64,000 bases of DNA, from contig NC_134025.1 of assembly GCF_964204645.1 (NCBI RefSeq), forward strand, positions 30,980,299-31,044,298. The letters run 5' to 3'. Source of the stretch: Tubulanus polymorphus (taxonomy: Eukaryota; Animalia; Nemertea). The stretch's first letter is position 1. The number at the start of each line of letters is the position of its first letter. Under the pieces are notes generated by a model. The model was not told the origin of the DNA and made no database searches. It saw only the letters and a list, made by a program, of their open reading frames with translations. Below, piece by piece: positions 52,816 through 64,000 of this stretch. Both the position numbers and the translations under genes were made by a program.

Positions 52816-54164
52816 ACTTGATTTATTAAACATAAATCAGGATTTTCTATGAAATGCATTGGTCTGGAGGCCTACACAGTTTAAATTATTTATGTTGTAA
52901 CTTATCTCTATTGACTGGAATATGAATAACATGATGAACATTTCACAATTTGGACAATATTTGGAACCGAAACCAGGAAATGAAGTTACTTCCTCGAGTT
53001 ATTTCTCATCCACCAGAGCCTCTACTCACTATTCAATTCAATTCAATTCAAACTTAATTCACCATAGATTCGATAGCAAATTCAATTAAGTTTAAGAGTT
53101 TTCCAAAATTAAAAAGAGAATTAAAGAAATTGACATTAGATGATATTAGATTTTTTAATTGATGATATTCGAAATAATTGAGATTTAGACAATTTGAGAT
53201 TTAGGAAATCAAATAATGCGGAGATTTGAGATCAAATAATTTCAGATGTTGGAAATCAAATAATTTGAGATGTTCATCAAAAATAATCGAGAATTTGAGA
53301 TACCCAAGATGAACTAATTGAGATTGATGAAGTAGACTTTGTACTTACTCAAATCAAAAAACGCGCCGAGGGTTTCAGGGTCTAGAGTCAGCACCTCGGC
53401 GCGAACCAGCTTCAACAGTCCCGAAAAAAGGTCATATTTTGTAGACATATTCAAAGTTGAAGTTCAAGTTTTAATTGTTGAAGTTGTAATTGTTGTAGTT
53501 GTCGTTGTACTGCTGCTGTTGCTTTTATAACTGTTGCTTTTTTAACTGCTGCTGTTGATGCTGCTGCTGCTACTGCAATGTAAAAACAATCTTATTAAAA
53601 TCAAGAAAATCGAAAATTATTGACTCTAAGAAATAGCTAAATCGAGTTTCTATTAAGTAATAATAATAATTAACGTTAAATTATTGGGTATCATAATTTT
53701 CTAAATATTAAATATAGAAGCCACCAGAATTAAGTTGAACGACGCTTCGAATGAAAGGTTTCTATGGATTCGAGTCATGGTTGAATAGACTGAGCTGTCT
53801 GTGTATTACACCTAGGCATGTCAACTAGCCGCTTTAGCGCGTAGATCTGAACAGCAGAAAAACTGCTTCCGAAAATTTCATAAATAAATTTTATCAATTT
53901 CCATTTCCTCAATAAAATCACAATAACGTCTTCATTATTTATTTCTAAATATTTAAAACGCCATTTGGGCAATTTTGAGCAAAAAGAACGTCAAAATGGA
54001 AATGTCATAATTAAACACCTATATAATATAATCCGAACTTTCGGAACTTTGGAAATTGTCTTACGTAAAACCGTATGCGAAACCTAAGGGGTATGTATGC
54101 AATTTACAAGTAAGATTAATAAATAAATTCCATCGAAAGAAATAAAATAAAATGGATGACGTTC

Positions 54165-54255
54165 GCTTACCTGAAAAATGGCCGAACTGGAAGGAGGGAT
54201 CAGCTGACCTGGGTTTTTATACTGCCAGTGTGACGTCATTATCCTGACCAATGAA
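54165..54255 (-). promoter_or_regulatory. Compact TATA promoter with a micro first exon
   Basis: Minus strand: ATTGG (CCAAT, 54248-52), TGACGTCA (54231-38), TATAAAA (54215-21), Inr-like CCAGTT about 30 nt downstream, YY1 GCCATTTT, then donor CAG|GTAAGC at 54171/54170. Confidence 0.7.
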
Positions 54256-54516
54256 AAGTGCTGATATTCGCGCCCAGTGTAGAAAGTCAAAATTTTCTAA
54301 TGGGATTCGAACCCGATTAACGCTACCAAAAGTATTTCGATCAAATCGACGAATTAAATAAAATTTATAATCATTATGATGTGCCCTCAGTAAACCCGAC
54401 TAGAGCTGTTGTTTGCTCATCCGTTTGAAAAACTGTTGGCGATTTATTCTGAAAATCGCAGACCCATACAAAGTTGCATAGCCAAAACTAAACTTAAAAT
54501 CCCCTGAGACTACCAC

Positions 54517-54590
54517 GGGTCTATGGTCCAGTGGTTAGTGAGCTCGTCTGAAGAACTGACGGTCGCGGTCTCGAACCCGGCTGGAAACAA
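54517..54590 (+). pseudogene. tRNA-like sequence (GAA anticodon-like loop); pseudo-tRNA or SINE head
   Basis: TGGTCCAGTGG A-box, CTGAAGA loop and degenerate B-box GGTCTCGAACCC; acceptor stem poor. Confidence 0.5.
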
Positions 54591-55204
54591 TCATTCTGGT
54601 TTGGCCAAGTATTTTATTCTTTTTTATGTTTCAGATTGTAATGCGGGGGTGGCTTCAGGATGGCTAGAAAATACGGATTAGATATTCTACGGGACTGTAT
54701 CCATGGTGCATTCCAAAAGGGCAGAGTGACGCCCTTTCTTTCTTTCTTATCTTTCTTCGTATCTTCGGCTTAATAGGCAGCCAACCAATAAGTATTCGTA
54801 CTTATTGTAGGTATATGCCGAGTTGGTACTCTTAAGGTTAAAACTTTTAAAAACTTTAAAAAGTTTGATCAAAACTAAATGACAACACTATTCAAAAGCG
54901 TGACTTTTAACCAGCAGTTTTTTCACTCTTTCTCGATGAAGCCTAGGTCATTGATCCACATAATTTCCTTGATTTTTCGGCTGCAGATACCTGCTATCAC
55001 TGCTGCAGTTTTCTCTAGTTAGTGTCCTCTTCGTATTAGTTAAATACTGTTGTTAACTAGTTAACCTATTGAGTAATATATGTTCTACGTTTTACTAAGC
55101 TCGGTGATGATAATGATTTAGAATGTCTATTTTTCGTCTGGGATAAATTTTTTTAGATATCTCGCATAATCTATTGAAATTGCCCTCGCCGAATTCGGTC
55201 TTAA

Positions 55205-55556
55205 TACGTCACCTGCTCACGACCTGCGAGCCTTCAGGTTACCCCCTGCGATACCAACGATACCGAGGATACCTGTTTCGCGGCCAGTGAGATCCCAGCC
55301 CGCCACAGGTTACGCGCGGTCTCGATGAACGCCGATACCGAGATACCGAGGATACCTGTCAGTCTCACGGCCTGTTGTGAGCCTCCAAGTTACCTGCGAT
55401 ACCGAAGATACCGAGGATACGTCCTGTCTCACGGCCTGTGAGCCTCTGGCTACCTAACCGCGATACCGAGGATACCCACGATACCTTGGAGTTACCGGCG
55501 GTTCCCGAAACCTGGACGGAGCACTCCCGATGTCCTACGTTTGTGAAGCTATCGTA
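55205..55556 (-). mobile_element. Second, inverted copy of the GATACCGAGGATAC element
   Basis: Reverse complement of 23997-24395. Confidence 0.7.
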
Positions 55557-55829
55557 TTGTGGCGCCCTCTTGTAGAAACACCATCTTGAATCTGTGTCAA
55601 ATTACACCAATTCAATTCAATTCAAAATTTATTTCATCCGTATAACGACAAAATTACATAGGACAGACACGGCAATAAAATATTAATACAAAGAGACACT
55701 GACAAATGATAACAAAACATAAAAGGAGAGAGAAAACCACGGCTTACTACAACCGTGCTCGGGGTTAATGGCACCAAAGCGGTGTCTTGTCGGGACTTTA
55801 TTGATTGCAATCGTTTACCACAGTAAATA

Positions 55830-55865
55830 GTGCAACCAATGGCGGATAATTCAAGTTTGAAGTTA
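55830..55865 (+). promoter_or_regulatory. TTK promoter: CCAAT box plus CHR-like element
   Basis: CCAATGGCGG...TTTGAA just upstream of a non-coding exon ending at the GTAAGT donor (55925); CCAAT plus CHR is the established G2/M gene signature. Confidence 0.55.
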
Positions 55866-56145
55866 AAGTTAATAATGTTTGGAAGTTAATTCAGCGACAG
55901 ATAATACTAGATCTGAATAGAATAGTAAGTATCGTTTATGTTTTCCTGCTAACGTTGTTAGACCTAGTGCTGACAATAATTCCACTTACTTTAATAAATC
56001 AAATCAGACCAAAAATAAACCACGAATTTAATAATTCAACCACAAGAATAAGATTAAAAGAAGCCAGCCAAGGAAGGAAGAATGAAAAGAAGATGGATTC
56101 TGTGAATGTGTGTGTATCACACAATAAACCAGACTGGATAAATTT

Positions 56146-56360
56146 TGGTAAAAGTGCAGATCCGCACCTCTCGTGATTGACGCAATCTGCTGAATGACAG
56201 AATCCAGGCTAAAATCTCAATACTCTCTCTAGTGAAGATATCTTAAAATTAGCCATTGACAATGTACTGAATTGCTGATGACATTTTGAATCTTAAACAA
56301 TGATATTTAAGTAATTGATTGAACCGTTTACGCGGAGAGGTGCGGATCTGCACTTTTACC
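56146..56360. mobile_element. MITE in TTK intron 1
   Basis: Long perfect TIR GGTAAAAGTGCAGATCCGCACCTCTC / GAGAGGTGCGGATCTGCACTTTTACC. Confidence 0.85.
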
Positions 56361-56553
56361 TAGAGTTTCAACTCACTGGTTTCAATGAAAAAAAAAGATT
56401 GAATCTGTTTCTGTGAAATACGTGCAGATTTGGCATGTGCAACGGAAAAGAGAGATGAATAAAAGTTAGGCGCTTGAGTCTGGCGTGATATAAGTAAGAA
56501 TTGTGTGGTTTTATTTAGGGAAATCGAGTGAAGGAAGGAAGGCTGCTTACGAA

Positions 56554-59500
56554 ATGACTAGTTTGAAAAAATTAAACCAACGTCTTCAAGAACTGCGAGA
56601 TAAGAAATCATTATCAGTCGCCGCTGGGGTAGAATCAGAATCAGTTTTACCCGATGATACAACAGGTAAGGACTGACCAGTCTAAACAAAGAAATATGGG
56701 GGAAAAGAGTGAGGAGAGTGGAGGAGGGTGGGAATGAACTGGATAGAATGGCGCCAGTGGGTTTTGTTGCATTCAGTATCTGCTGGCGATCATTTGAGCT
56801 CTGGGTGGTTTTTAGTAGGAGCCTGGAAGTAGATGGGGAGAGAGGGAGAATAGGATATGATGCCTGTATTGGTATAAAATTTGTTGTATTTTTTTTTCTA
56901 GATCAAGCATTTCCGCTTATACAGAGTTTGTATAATCATAGAGATGATCCCAGTGTATGGTTGCAATATATTTCATCTTATGAGAAACAAAATGGAGGAG
57001 ACAAATATGAAAAACTATGTCGTCTTTACAGCAGAGCTTTAGAGGTATCAGTCTCAGTCTCATGTGTAAATCTGTATGGATCCAGTTACTCAGTTGTGAG
57101 TTTATTTGAATGAGTCAAATCTTAACTCACAACTGTGGAACTGGATCCTGAGTTCAGAGTTATCTCTAAACTCACAACCGTGTAACTGGATCCTGAGTTC
57201 AGAGTTAACTCTTAACTCACAACCGTGGAACTGGATCCTGAGTTCAGAGTTAACTCTTAACTCACAACTGTGGAACTGGATCCTGAGTTTGGAGTTAACT
57301 CTCACAACTGTGGAACTGGATCCTGAATTCAGTTAACTCTCACAACTGTGGAACTGGAGTCTGAGTTCAGAGTTAACTCTTAACTAACAACCGTGGAACT
57401 GGATCCTGAGTTCAGTTAACTCTCACAACCGTGGAACTGGAGCCTGAGTTCAGTTAACTCTCACAACCGTGGAACTGGAGCCTGAGTTCAGAGTTAGCTC
57501 TAACTTGCCACCGTGGAACTGGATCTTGAGGTTAAGTTAACTTTAACTCACAACTGTGTAACTGGATCCTAAGTAACTCTAACTTACAACAGTGGAACTG
57601 GATCCTGAGGTCAGAGTTAACTCTTACAGTGGAACTGGATCCTGAGTTCCGAGTTAACTCTTACTAACAACTGTGGAACTGGATCCTGAGTTCAGAGTTA
57701 ACTCTAAACTCACAACCGTGGAACTGGATCCTGAGTGTTTTTATTCAATGTTTCTGAATATTTTGATTTGACTCTTTGTGTTTCAGGTTATAACAAATTC
57801 AAACCAGAAGAAAAAGGAAGATTACGCAAAACTGATGGTCAATTTTGCCAAACTAAAAAGGTAAATTTCCCACTTAGCACTGAGTGAATTGCCTCTGATT
57901 ATTGTGTTCTGTGGAGAGTGAATTATAAACAATATGATTGTGTTTTCAGTACAGATAATGAAGTGTTCAGTGAGGAATTATTCCATCGAGTTATTACTGA
58001 ATGTAAACAACATCCATTTGTACATATTGAAGCCGCTCAGTTTTACTGTGATAAAGGTATTTATTATTATATATAGAAAAAATGAAAAAATGCTTTATTT
58101 GATCTGTGATGATTTATAAAGTGAGTATTCTACCGCACAAATGATTTCAACCACCTCCTCATACTCCCTCTCCTCCTCCCTCTCCCCCTTTCCTCTCCCT
58201 TTTCATATGCAATTTTAAGCACAAATGTACTTCAGGATAAGTAAAAAATTCCTGAGCCCAGAACCCTCTCCGACCGTGTTCATACATTGAGTTGATTTGC
58301 ACCACCCTTACCCATATATCCGTAGGCAATTTTAAGTTAAGTATGAAGTTGCCAATTTTTGGCCCCTAATTCCCCCTACGAATGTACACGTACTTTATGA
58401 ATTGCCTCTTTTGGATGAGTTGGTTTTATAAGAAAATATGTTTACTTGTTTTAGGAAATCCGACGAAAAGTTTAAGAATTCTGGAAGATGCTCAGAAGTT
58501 TCATATGGATGATACGATCGTAACTGCGATGAATAATTTACGACTTGGCAGAAAATTGATCGAAAATAAACACAACGCAAAACCAGGTAAAATACTGAAT
58601 CTCGGACAATGAGAACACCAGAGATGATGAGAGATTTTGAAATGATGCCTCATTCGGTAAGATAGATAATTAGAGATTGTTCGTTTCATTTCAGGTTTGA
58701 ATCCAATTGAAGAATCGTCGGTCGCGGAATCTTCTGGTAAAAGATGTCGTCACGTTAGTGATTTAAGCGCAAGACAACATCAAACACAGCAACAACAACA
58801 ACAAAAACAACAAACTAGTTCATGTCATAATTATACCCTGTAAGTGTGTCATTTTACTGCCTCCAGTTATTAAAGAGATTTCAATATTTTAAAAACTGAT
58901 GTGTTTCAGTAATTTATTATAAATAGAATATGTAATTTATTTTAGGCCGAGTCTGAAAAAGCAGGAATTGAAATCGATTACTCAGAGTTTGAAAGATTCT
59001 TCAATCAGGTTCGTTATATCTTTCAAGTTTCATTTTCTCAAAGATGATTCGATACATTTGATCAAATCTTTATTTTTCGTCCAAAGTTTTTCTCTCAGTA
59101 TTTGATGGGAAAACGTTTCGCTTTTCTAGTTGTAAGCAGGAACAGAAACAGCAACAGCAGCAGCAGCAGAAACATACAGATCTATCGAACCCAGTGGCGT
59201 TACGATCCTATCACAGTACACCTGACTGTAAAACTGTCGGTCCTTTGAGCACCGTCAAAAAATCTACATCTAAACGGTAAAAATCACTGTTCAAATTTTA
59301 TAGTCTGATTACAACTTCTAACTTCATTGATACAGTTAAAATTAAGTCATCACATGAGTGAATTCATCATTTGAATAAGTCCACATAACTGAAGTCATCT
59401 CTATTTTTTACTCCCAATTTGTATTTGCCAATTCTATTTATTAATTGTTGTAAATCAATATTTGGACTACAACAAACAGCTAGTTTCACTGTATCAGATT

Positions 59501-62500
59501 GATTGGAATCGATGTCTGTCTGTTGTTTTTAGTGTGATGTTGAACTTCAAACCGATGCGAGTACCAGTTTCACAGTTGGGCCAGTTAAAAGAGATCAACT
59601 CTAAGTTCCATGACGACGATGATGAAGATGATGATGATGGATTGTCTGGTATAATACCGATGAGGAAAGGTATGATCTTATCATCATTTATGAAGGGGAT
59701 GTCGATAGACCCTTCCTTGACCTCTTAGAAACCCAGTACACCTCTTGCCCATAATGAAACATAGTCAGGACCCATTTGGATTTAGATTTTAGCCCACCGT
59801 TGTATCTATGATTTAAATCAAAACAGTTCATCATTGTAAATGTTTTGGTTGATCCTCTTGATTGCGGTCAATTTGGGGATCACTCATTATTTCAATTAAT
59901 ATGAAATATAAATGAATGCTCCGTGTCTATAGGTTCTGTTACTTCTGATACCGGTTACCTATCTCAATCGACGACAACTCAACCTACTCAACCTAGAAAA
60001 TATTCATTGATGGAGGTTGAAAACGGGAGTCCTGAAGATGCAGTGGCAGCAGCATCCAAGAATATCGAGATGAAACGTAAATATTCGCTGATGGATATCG
60101 ATATATCACCGGAGTCATCTCGTCCTCCTCCGAGTAACTCCAATCACGCATCATCGGATAAAGAAAATCATCCTCCAGCGACCACCGAGAAAACGTCGCA
60201 AGATTCGAAGGGAGTTCGAAACGCTGGAGCGCCAGGTTCCGATAACGTGTTTACAGAGCCCTCTACCGGCCAGAGTCGAACACTAAAACCAGTTCTATCC
60301 ATTCCACAAACAGCGGCGACTCACCTGCCACAGGTGACTCCGATGAAATACATCATAGAAAACAATTTGTCTAGTCATAGTTCGATACCGTATCACCAGG
60401 TGGCGGCGCGTGCCACAGTTGAGAACACGCCCGCGGCACACGGTTCATTAACGCGAGGCACACCAGCGGCACACTTATTACCATTCAAGTGTACTCCTCT
60501 CACCGTGAGTTTATCTTCTAAACGATTTGTCATTACGAGAATGAATGAATTTTGTATTAATAATCGTAGTCGTTGTTGTTTCTATAGAAACCGAAGACGA
60601 ATCAAATAATGGTTGTTAATGATAAATCGTACGAAGTGTTGAATATGATCGGTCGCGGAGGAACGAGTAAGGTATGTTATATACGACACGGTTCCGTTTA
60701 GATTCAATAAATCCTCGAAACCCTCGAAACTCAACCTGAATTAAACGTATGTTATTGTAGGTATATCAGGTGTTCAGCGCAGAGTATAAAAAAACATTAG
60801 CCATAAAGAAAGTCGATCTTGAAGGTTGTGATGAGGCGACTATTCAAGGATATCTGAATGAAGTCAATATATTATATCAGCTCCAGGACTGTGATAGTGT
60901 AGTTAAAATGTATGATTGGTAAGTTAATGCAGGGTATATTTGTTGCTGATCATTTTAGCATTACCTCGTCTCAGTTCAATAGTTCTAAGTCAACAGTTTC
61001 AAAATGTTGTAAATGAATTGAACCAAATGGTCTTAAATTCTAAGGTTAGTTATGGCACAAGATTTCGCTTAGACTGACTGGTCTTAAGTTGTTAGATTGG
61101 TTATAAAACCAAAGTGAGCTTAAACTGGTCTTGTTAGATTGGTTATAGAATCAAAATGAGTTTAGACTGGTCTTAAGTTGTTAGATTGGTTATAGAACCA
61201 AAATGAGCTTAGACTGGTCATTATTAGATTGGTTGTAGAACAAAAATGAGCTTAGACTGGTCTTAAGTTGTAAGATTGGCTAAAGAACCAAAATGAGCTT
61301 TGACTGGGCTTAAATCTAAGCCATAACTGATGGTAAATATGATATTGTTTCTATTAATAGTGAGTATAATACAGATGACAGTATATTATCAGTAGTAATG
61401 GAACGTGGTGATACTGATCTGTCTCGATTGTTCTACAACCGACAGAAAAAACCATTCAGTGAAAACGCGATCATGTTCTATTGGCAGTGTATGCTAGAAG
61501 CAGTTCAATCATTACATCAAAGAGGTATGATAATATACAACAAGACATCGGCAGATCCAGGGTGGGTCCATGGGTAGATCGAGGGGTGGATCCATCGGCA
61601 GATCCAAGGGTGGATCCATCGGCAGATTGAGGGGTATCTGCCCCTCAATCCAGGGTGGGTCCATGGGTAGATTTTGATAGAAGCAAAATTGTCATTGTTT
61701 TGGAAAAGGGCTCAGGCCACAAATATGATTAAGGCCTAAATCGATTTAAGATAAACTGGATTGATGGAGAAATTAAATCGATTTAAGAGTTAAACCTTTT
61801 TGTGAAACTGGGCCCTGGAAGATTTACGTATCGACCGGTGATATCAGTGGTAAAAGATCAGTTAATTCGGGCCATGGTGATTTTGTATTCTGTAATTATT
61901 GTTTATTGTGTTTTTCTAGGTATCGTTCATTCAGATTTAAAACCCGCTAACTTCCTGTTAGTTGCCGGTCATCTGAAACTAATCGATTTCGGAATAGCCA
62001 ACGCGATACAACCGGATAAAACTAGCGTTACTAGGCAACAGCAGATCGGTACTCCGAATTATATGAGTCCGGAAGCGATTTATTCACGAGGTCATCACAC
62101 GGATTCTACGGGAAAACATACACCGAAATATAAAGTATGTTAAAATCACGGGCCGTGAAACTCACTGTTTAAGTCTTCGTTGTTTGGACAAGCATTAGTT
62201 TAGACAGCATTGAAAACTTAATGAAATACAAATTGAGACTTAAAGTAGATGACTTCAGTAACATGACTTATGGTATACAAATGATGACTTAAGCCATGAG
62301 TTCAACTGTATTTTGATATCTTATTTAATACAAAGTTGAATTTGTCACTGATTAAAAATGATGGAAAAGAACCTCGAACAAGATGTGTTTTTTTTTTCAG
62401 TTAGGAGTAGCCAGTGATGTTTGGTCTCTTGGATGTATTCTATACAACATGGTTTACGGATATACTCCGTTCCAAAGTTATAACGATGTAACCAGTAAAC

Positions 62501-63392
62501 TACAGGCGATCGTGAATCCTGAAATCCCGATTCCATTTCCTGAAATCAATGATCGCAATGTCATGGATGTTTTAAAGGTAATAAGACAATAACTTATTTG
62601 AACCCAGTTCCACAGTTCTGGATCCACTTCCACAGTTTGCAGATATTTGACTCTTACAAGTTGAAAACATCAGAAAGGAACTGTGGAACTGGCTCCAGAA
62701 CTGTGGAACTGGGTCCTAGTTATCTGGATGTTTACTGAATTAAAATATAATTCTATGAATTATTTTTGCATATTTTAGAAATGTCTTCAGAGGGATCCAA
62801 AAAAGAGACCATGCGTTTCTGATCTGCTCCGACATCCCTATCTCGGAGGCTCCAAACCTGCAGGTATTGTATATATCCCTCATCTGGAGGCTCCTGTCTG
62901 TGATTATCGGTTTATTTGATCAGTTTATTTGTGATTTGTAGATTCAGTATCGAGTCAGGAGGAACTGTTAATGAAATTGGGGAAAGTAGCATTGAATCAG
63001 TTATTGGCTAATAGTTCACCGGGACACATGAGTCGTGCTTTAACTGTAAGTATTTTACACTGAAACCCAATGGGACCTACTGAGAGCTAAGTGGCCCAGT
63101 GAGACAGAGAGTGAGACCCAGTGAGTGAGACCCAGTGAGTGAGACCCAATGAGCCAGTGAGACCCATTTCATCTCATTGTCACCCACGACAGATTAGAAC
63201 CTGATGGCGTCATGAGACATACTCACCTCATCTGTATTAAACTACTGTTAAACTCAGCGTCAGAGACATTGGAGTTGTTGAATTAAGAAATGAGAAGAGT
63301 TAAGTGAATTACTGTGCAGTACATTTCAATATTTAAATCTATGCATTATTTATCAATTTCAGGAGTTGATGACAAAACAAGGACCTAAATAA
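56554..63392 (+). CDS. TTK: Dual-specificity protein kinase TTK/MPS1
   Basis: About 18 GT-AG coding exons (56554-56665, 56902-57044, 57787-57860, 57950-58056, 58455-58586 ... 61920-62135, 62401-62577, 63363-63392). N-terminal TPR-like region ([23 protein letters not shown]); kinase motifs [57 protein letters not shown] and [11 protein letters not shown]. Confidence 0.96.
57090..57735. repeat. ~45-bp degenerate tandem array in a TTK intron
   Basis: ACTGTGGAACTGGATCCTGAGTTCAGAGTTAACTCTTAACTCACA x about 14. Confidence 0.9.
61060..61330. repeat. Internal-repeat element (reverse complement of 10950-11225)
   Basis: AGACTGGTCTTAAGTTGTTAGATTGGTTATAGAACCAAAATGAGCTT x about 5. Confidence 0.7.
61707..61817. 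mobile_element. Harbinger-like MITE (copy of 19228-19340, opposite orientation)
   Basis: Right TIR TTTTTGTGAAACTGGGCCCTG intact; internal sequence matches the 19.2-kb copy. Confidence 0.7.
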
Positions 63393-63607
63393 ACCTCACT
63401 TACCAGTGGATGTGTCGCTATATAAACTATTGTGGATATTGTGTAATAATACTTTTGTTGTTTTGATGGACTACTTCTATAAGAGGACTACTATCGTAAA
63501 AGGACTAGTATTCTAAAAGGACTACTATCGTAAAAGGACTACGATAGATATTCATTCAAACCTTGGTGCTTTGTTTTCTATATGATATTTGTGGTGTATG
63601 CCAGTAA

Positions 63608-64000
63608 AGTTACTTACAGTAGTACAGGTCTGGACTCTGAGTCCATGTTACATGTTACTTACAGTAGTACAGGTCTGGACTCTGAGTCCATGTTACATGT
63701 TACTTACAGTAGTACAGGTCTGGACTCTGAGTCCATGTTACATGTTACTTACAGTAGTACAGGTCTGGCCCTGAGTCCATGTTACATGTTACTTACAGTA
63801 GTACAGGTCTGGACTCTGAGACCATGTTACATGTTACTTACTTACAGTAGTACAGGTATGGACTCTGAGTCCATGTTACATGTTACTTACAGTAGTACAG
63901 GTCTGGACTCTTGAGTCCATGTTACATGTTACTTACAGTAGTACAGGTATGGACTCTGAGTCCATGTTACATGTTACTTACAGTAGTACAGGTCTGGACT
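63608..64000. repeat. 45-bp tandem array running off the window end
   Basis: GTTACTTACAGTAGTACAGGTCTGGACTCTGAGTCCATGTTACAT with palindrome TGGACTC-T-GAGTCCA. Confidence 0.95.

Noticed and set aside
63608-64000. Palindrome-in-unit as a feature unique to the central island
   Set aside because: This array and those at 5794 and 57090 lie outside the island and also contain palindromes, so hairpin units alone are weak evidence of function

Overview
AT-rich, intron-rich animal (invertebrate, probably lophotrochozoan) genomic DNA. It carries four recognisable spliced protein genes: the 3' part of CWC22 (+, 1-5576, with a huge RS-repeat last exon), a WDR87-like WD40 gene (-, 7121-21537), a two-exon DMAC1/TMEM261-like gene (+, 22546-23164) and TTK/MPS1 kinase (+, 56554-63392). 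A canonical tRNA-Asp(GTC) gene lies at 21627-21698 (-). WDR87 introns contain Penelope-type minimal hammerhead ribozyme motifs arranged as inverted pairs. Between DMAC1 and TTK is a ~30-kb island with no recognisable conserved gene. It contains several apparently co-oriented minus-strand Pol II promoter/first-exon modules, tandem arrays made of transcription-factor sites (CRE/NK2, CCAAT), about ten unrelated tandem arrays whose units mostly carry small stem-loops, a 6.5-kb two-monomer higher-order repeat, long imperfect fold-backs (25.4-25.8 kb, 40.36-40.72 kb, 40.1/43.0 kb) and one orphan 290-aa exon. My leading hypothesis is a structured ncRNA / small-RNA-producing locus; a decayed giant mobile element is the main alternative. 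All calls were made by eye, and no database search or folding program was run.
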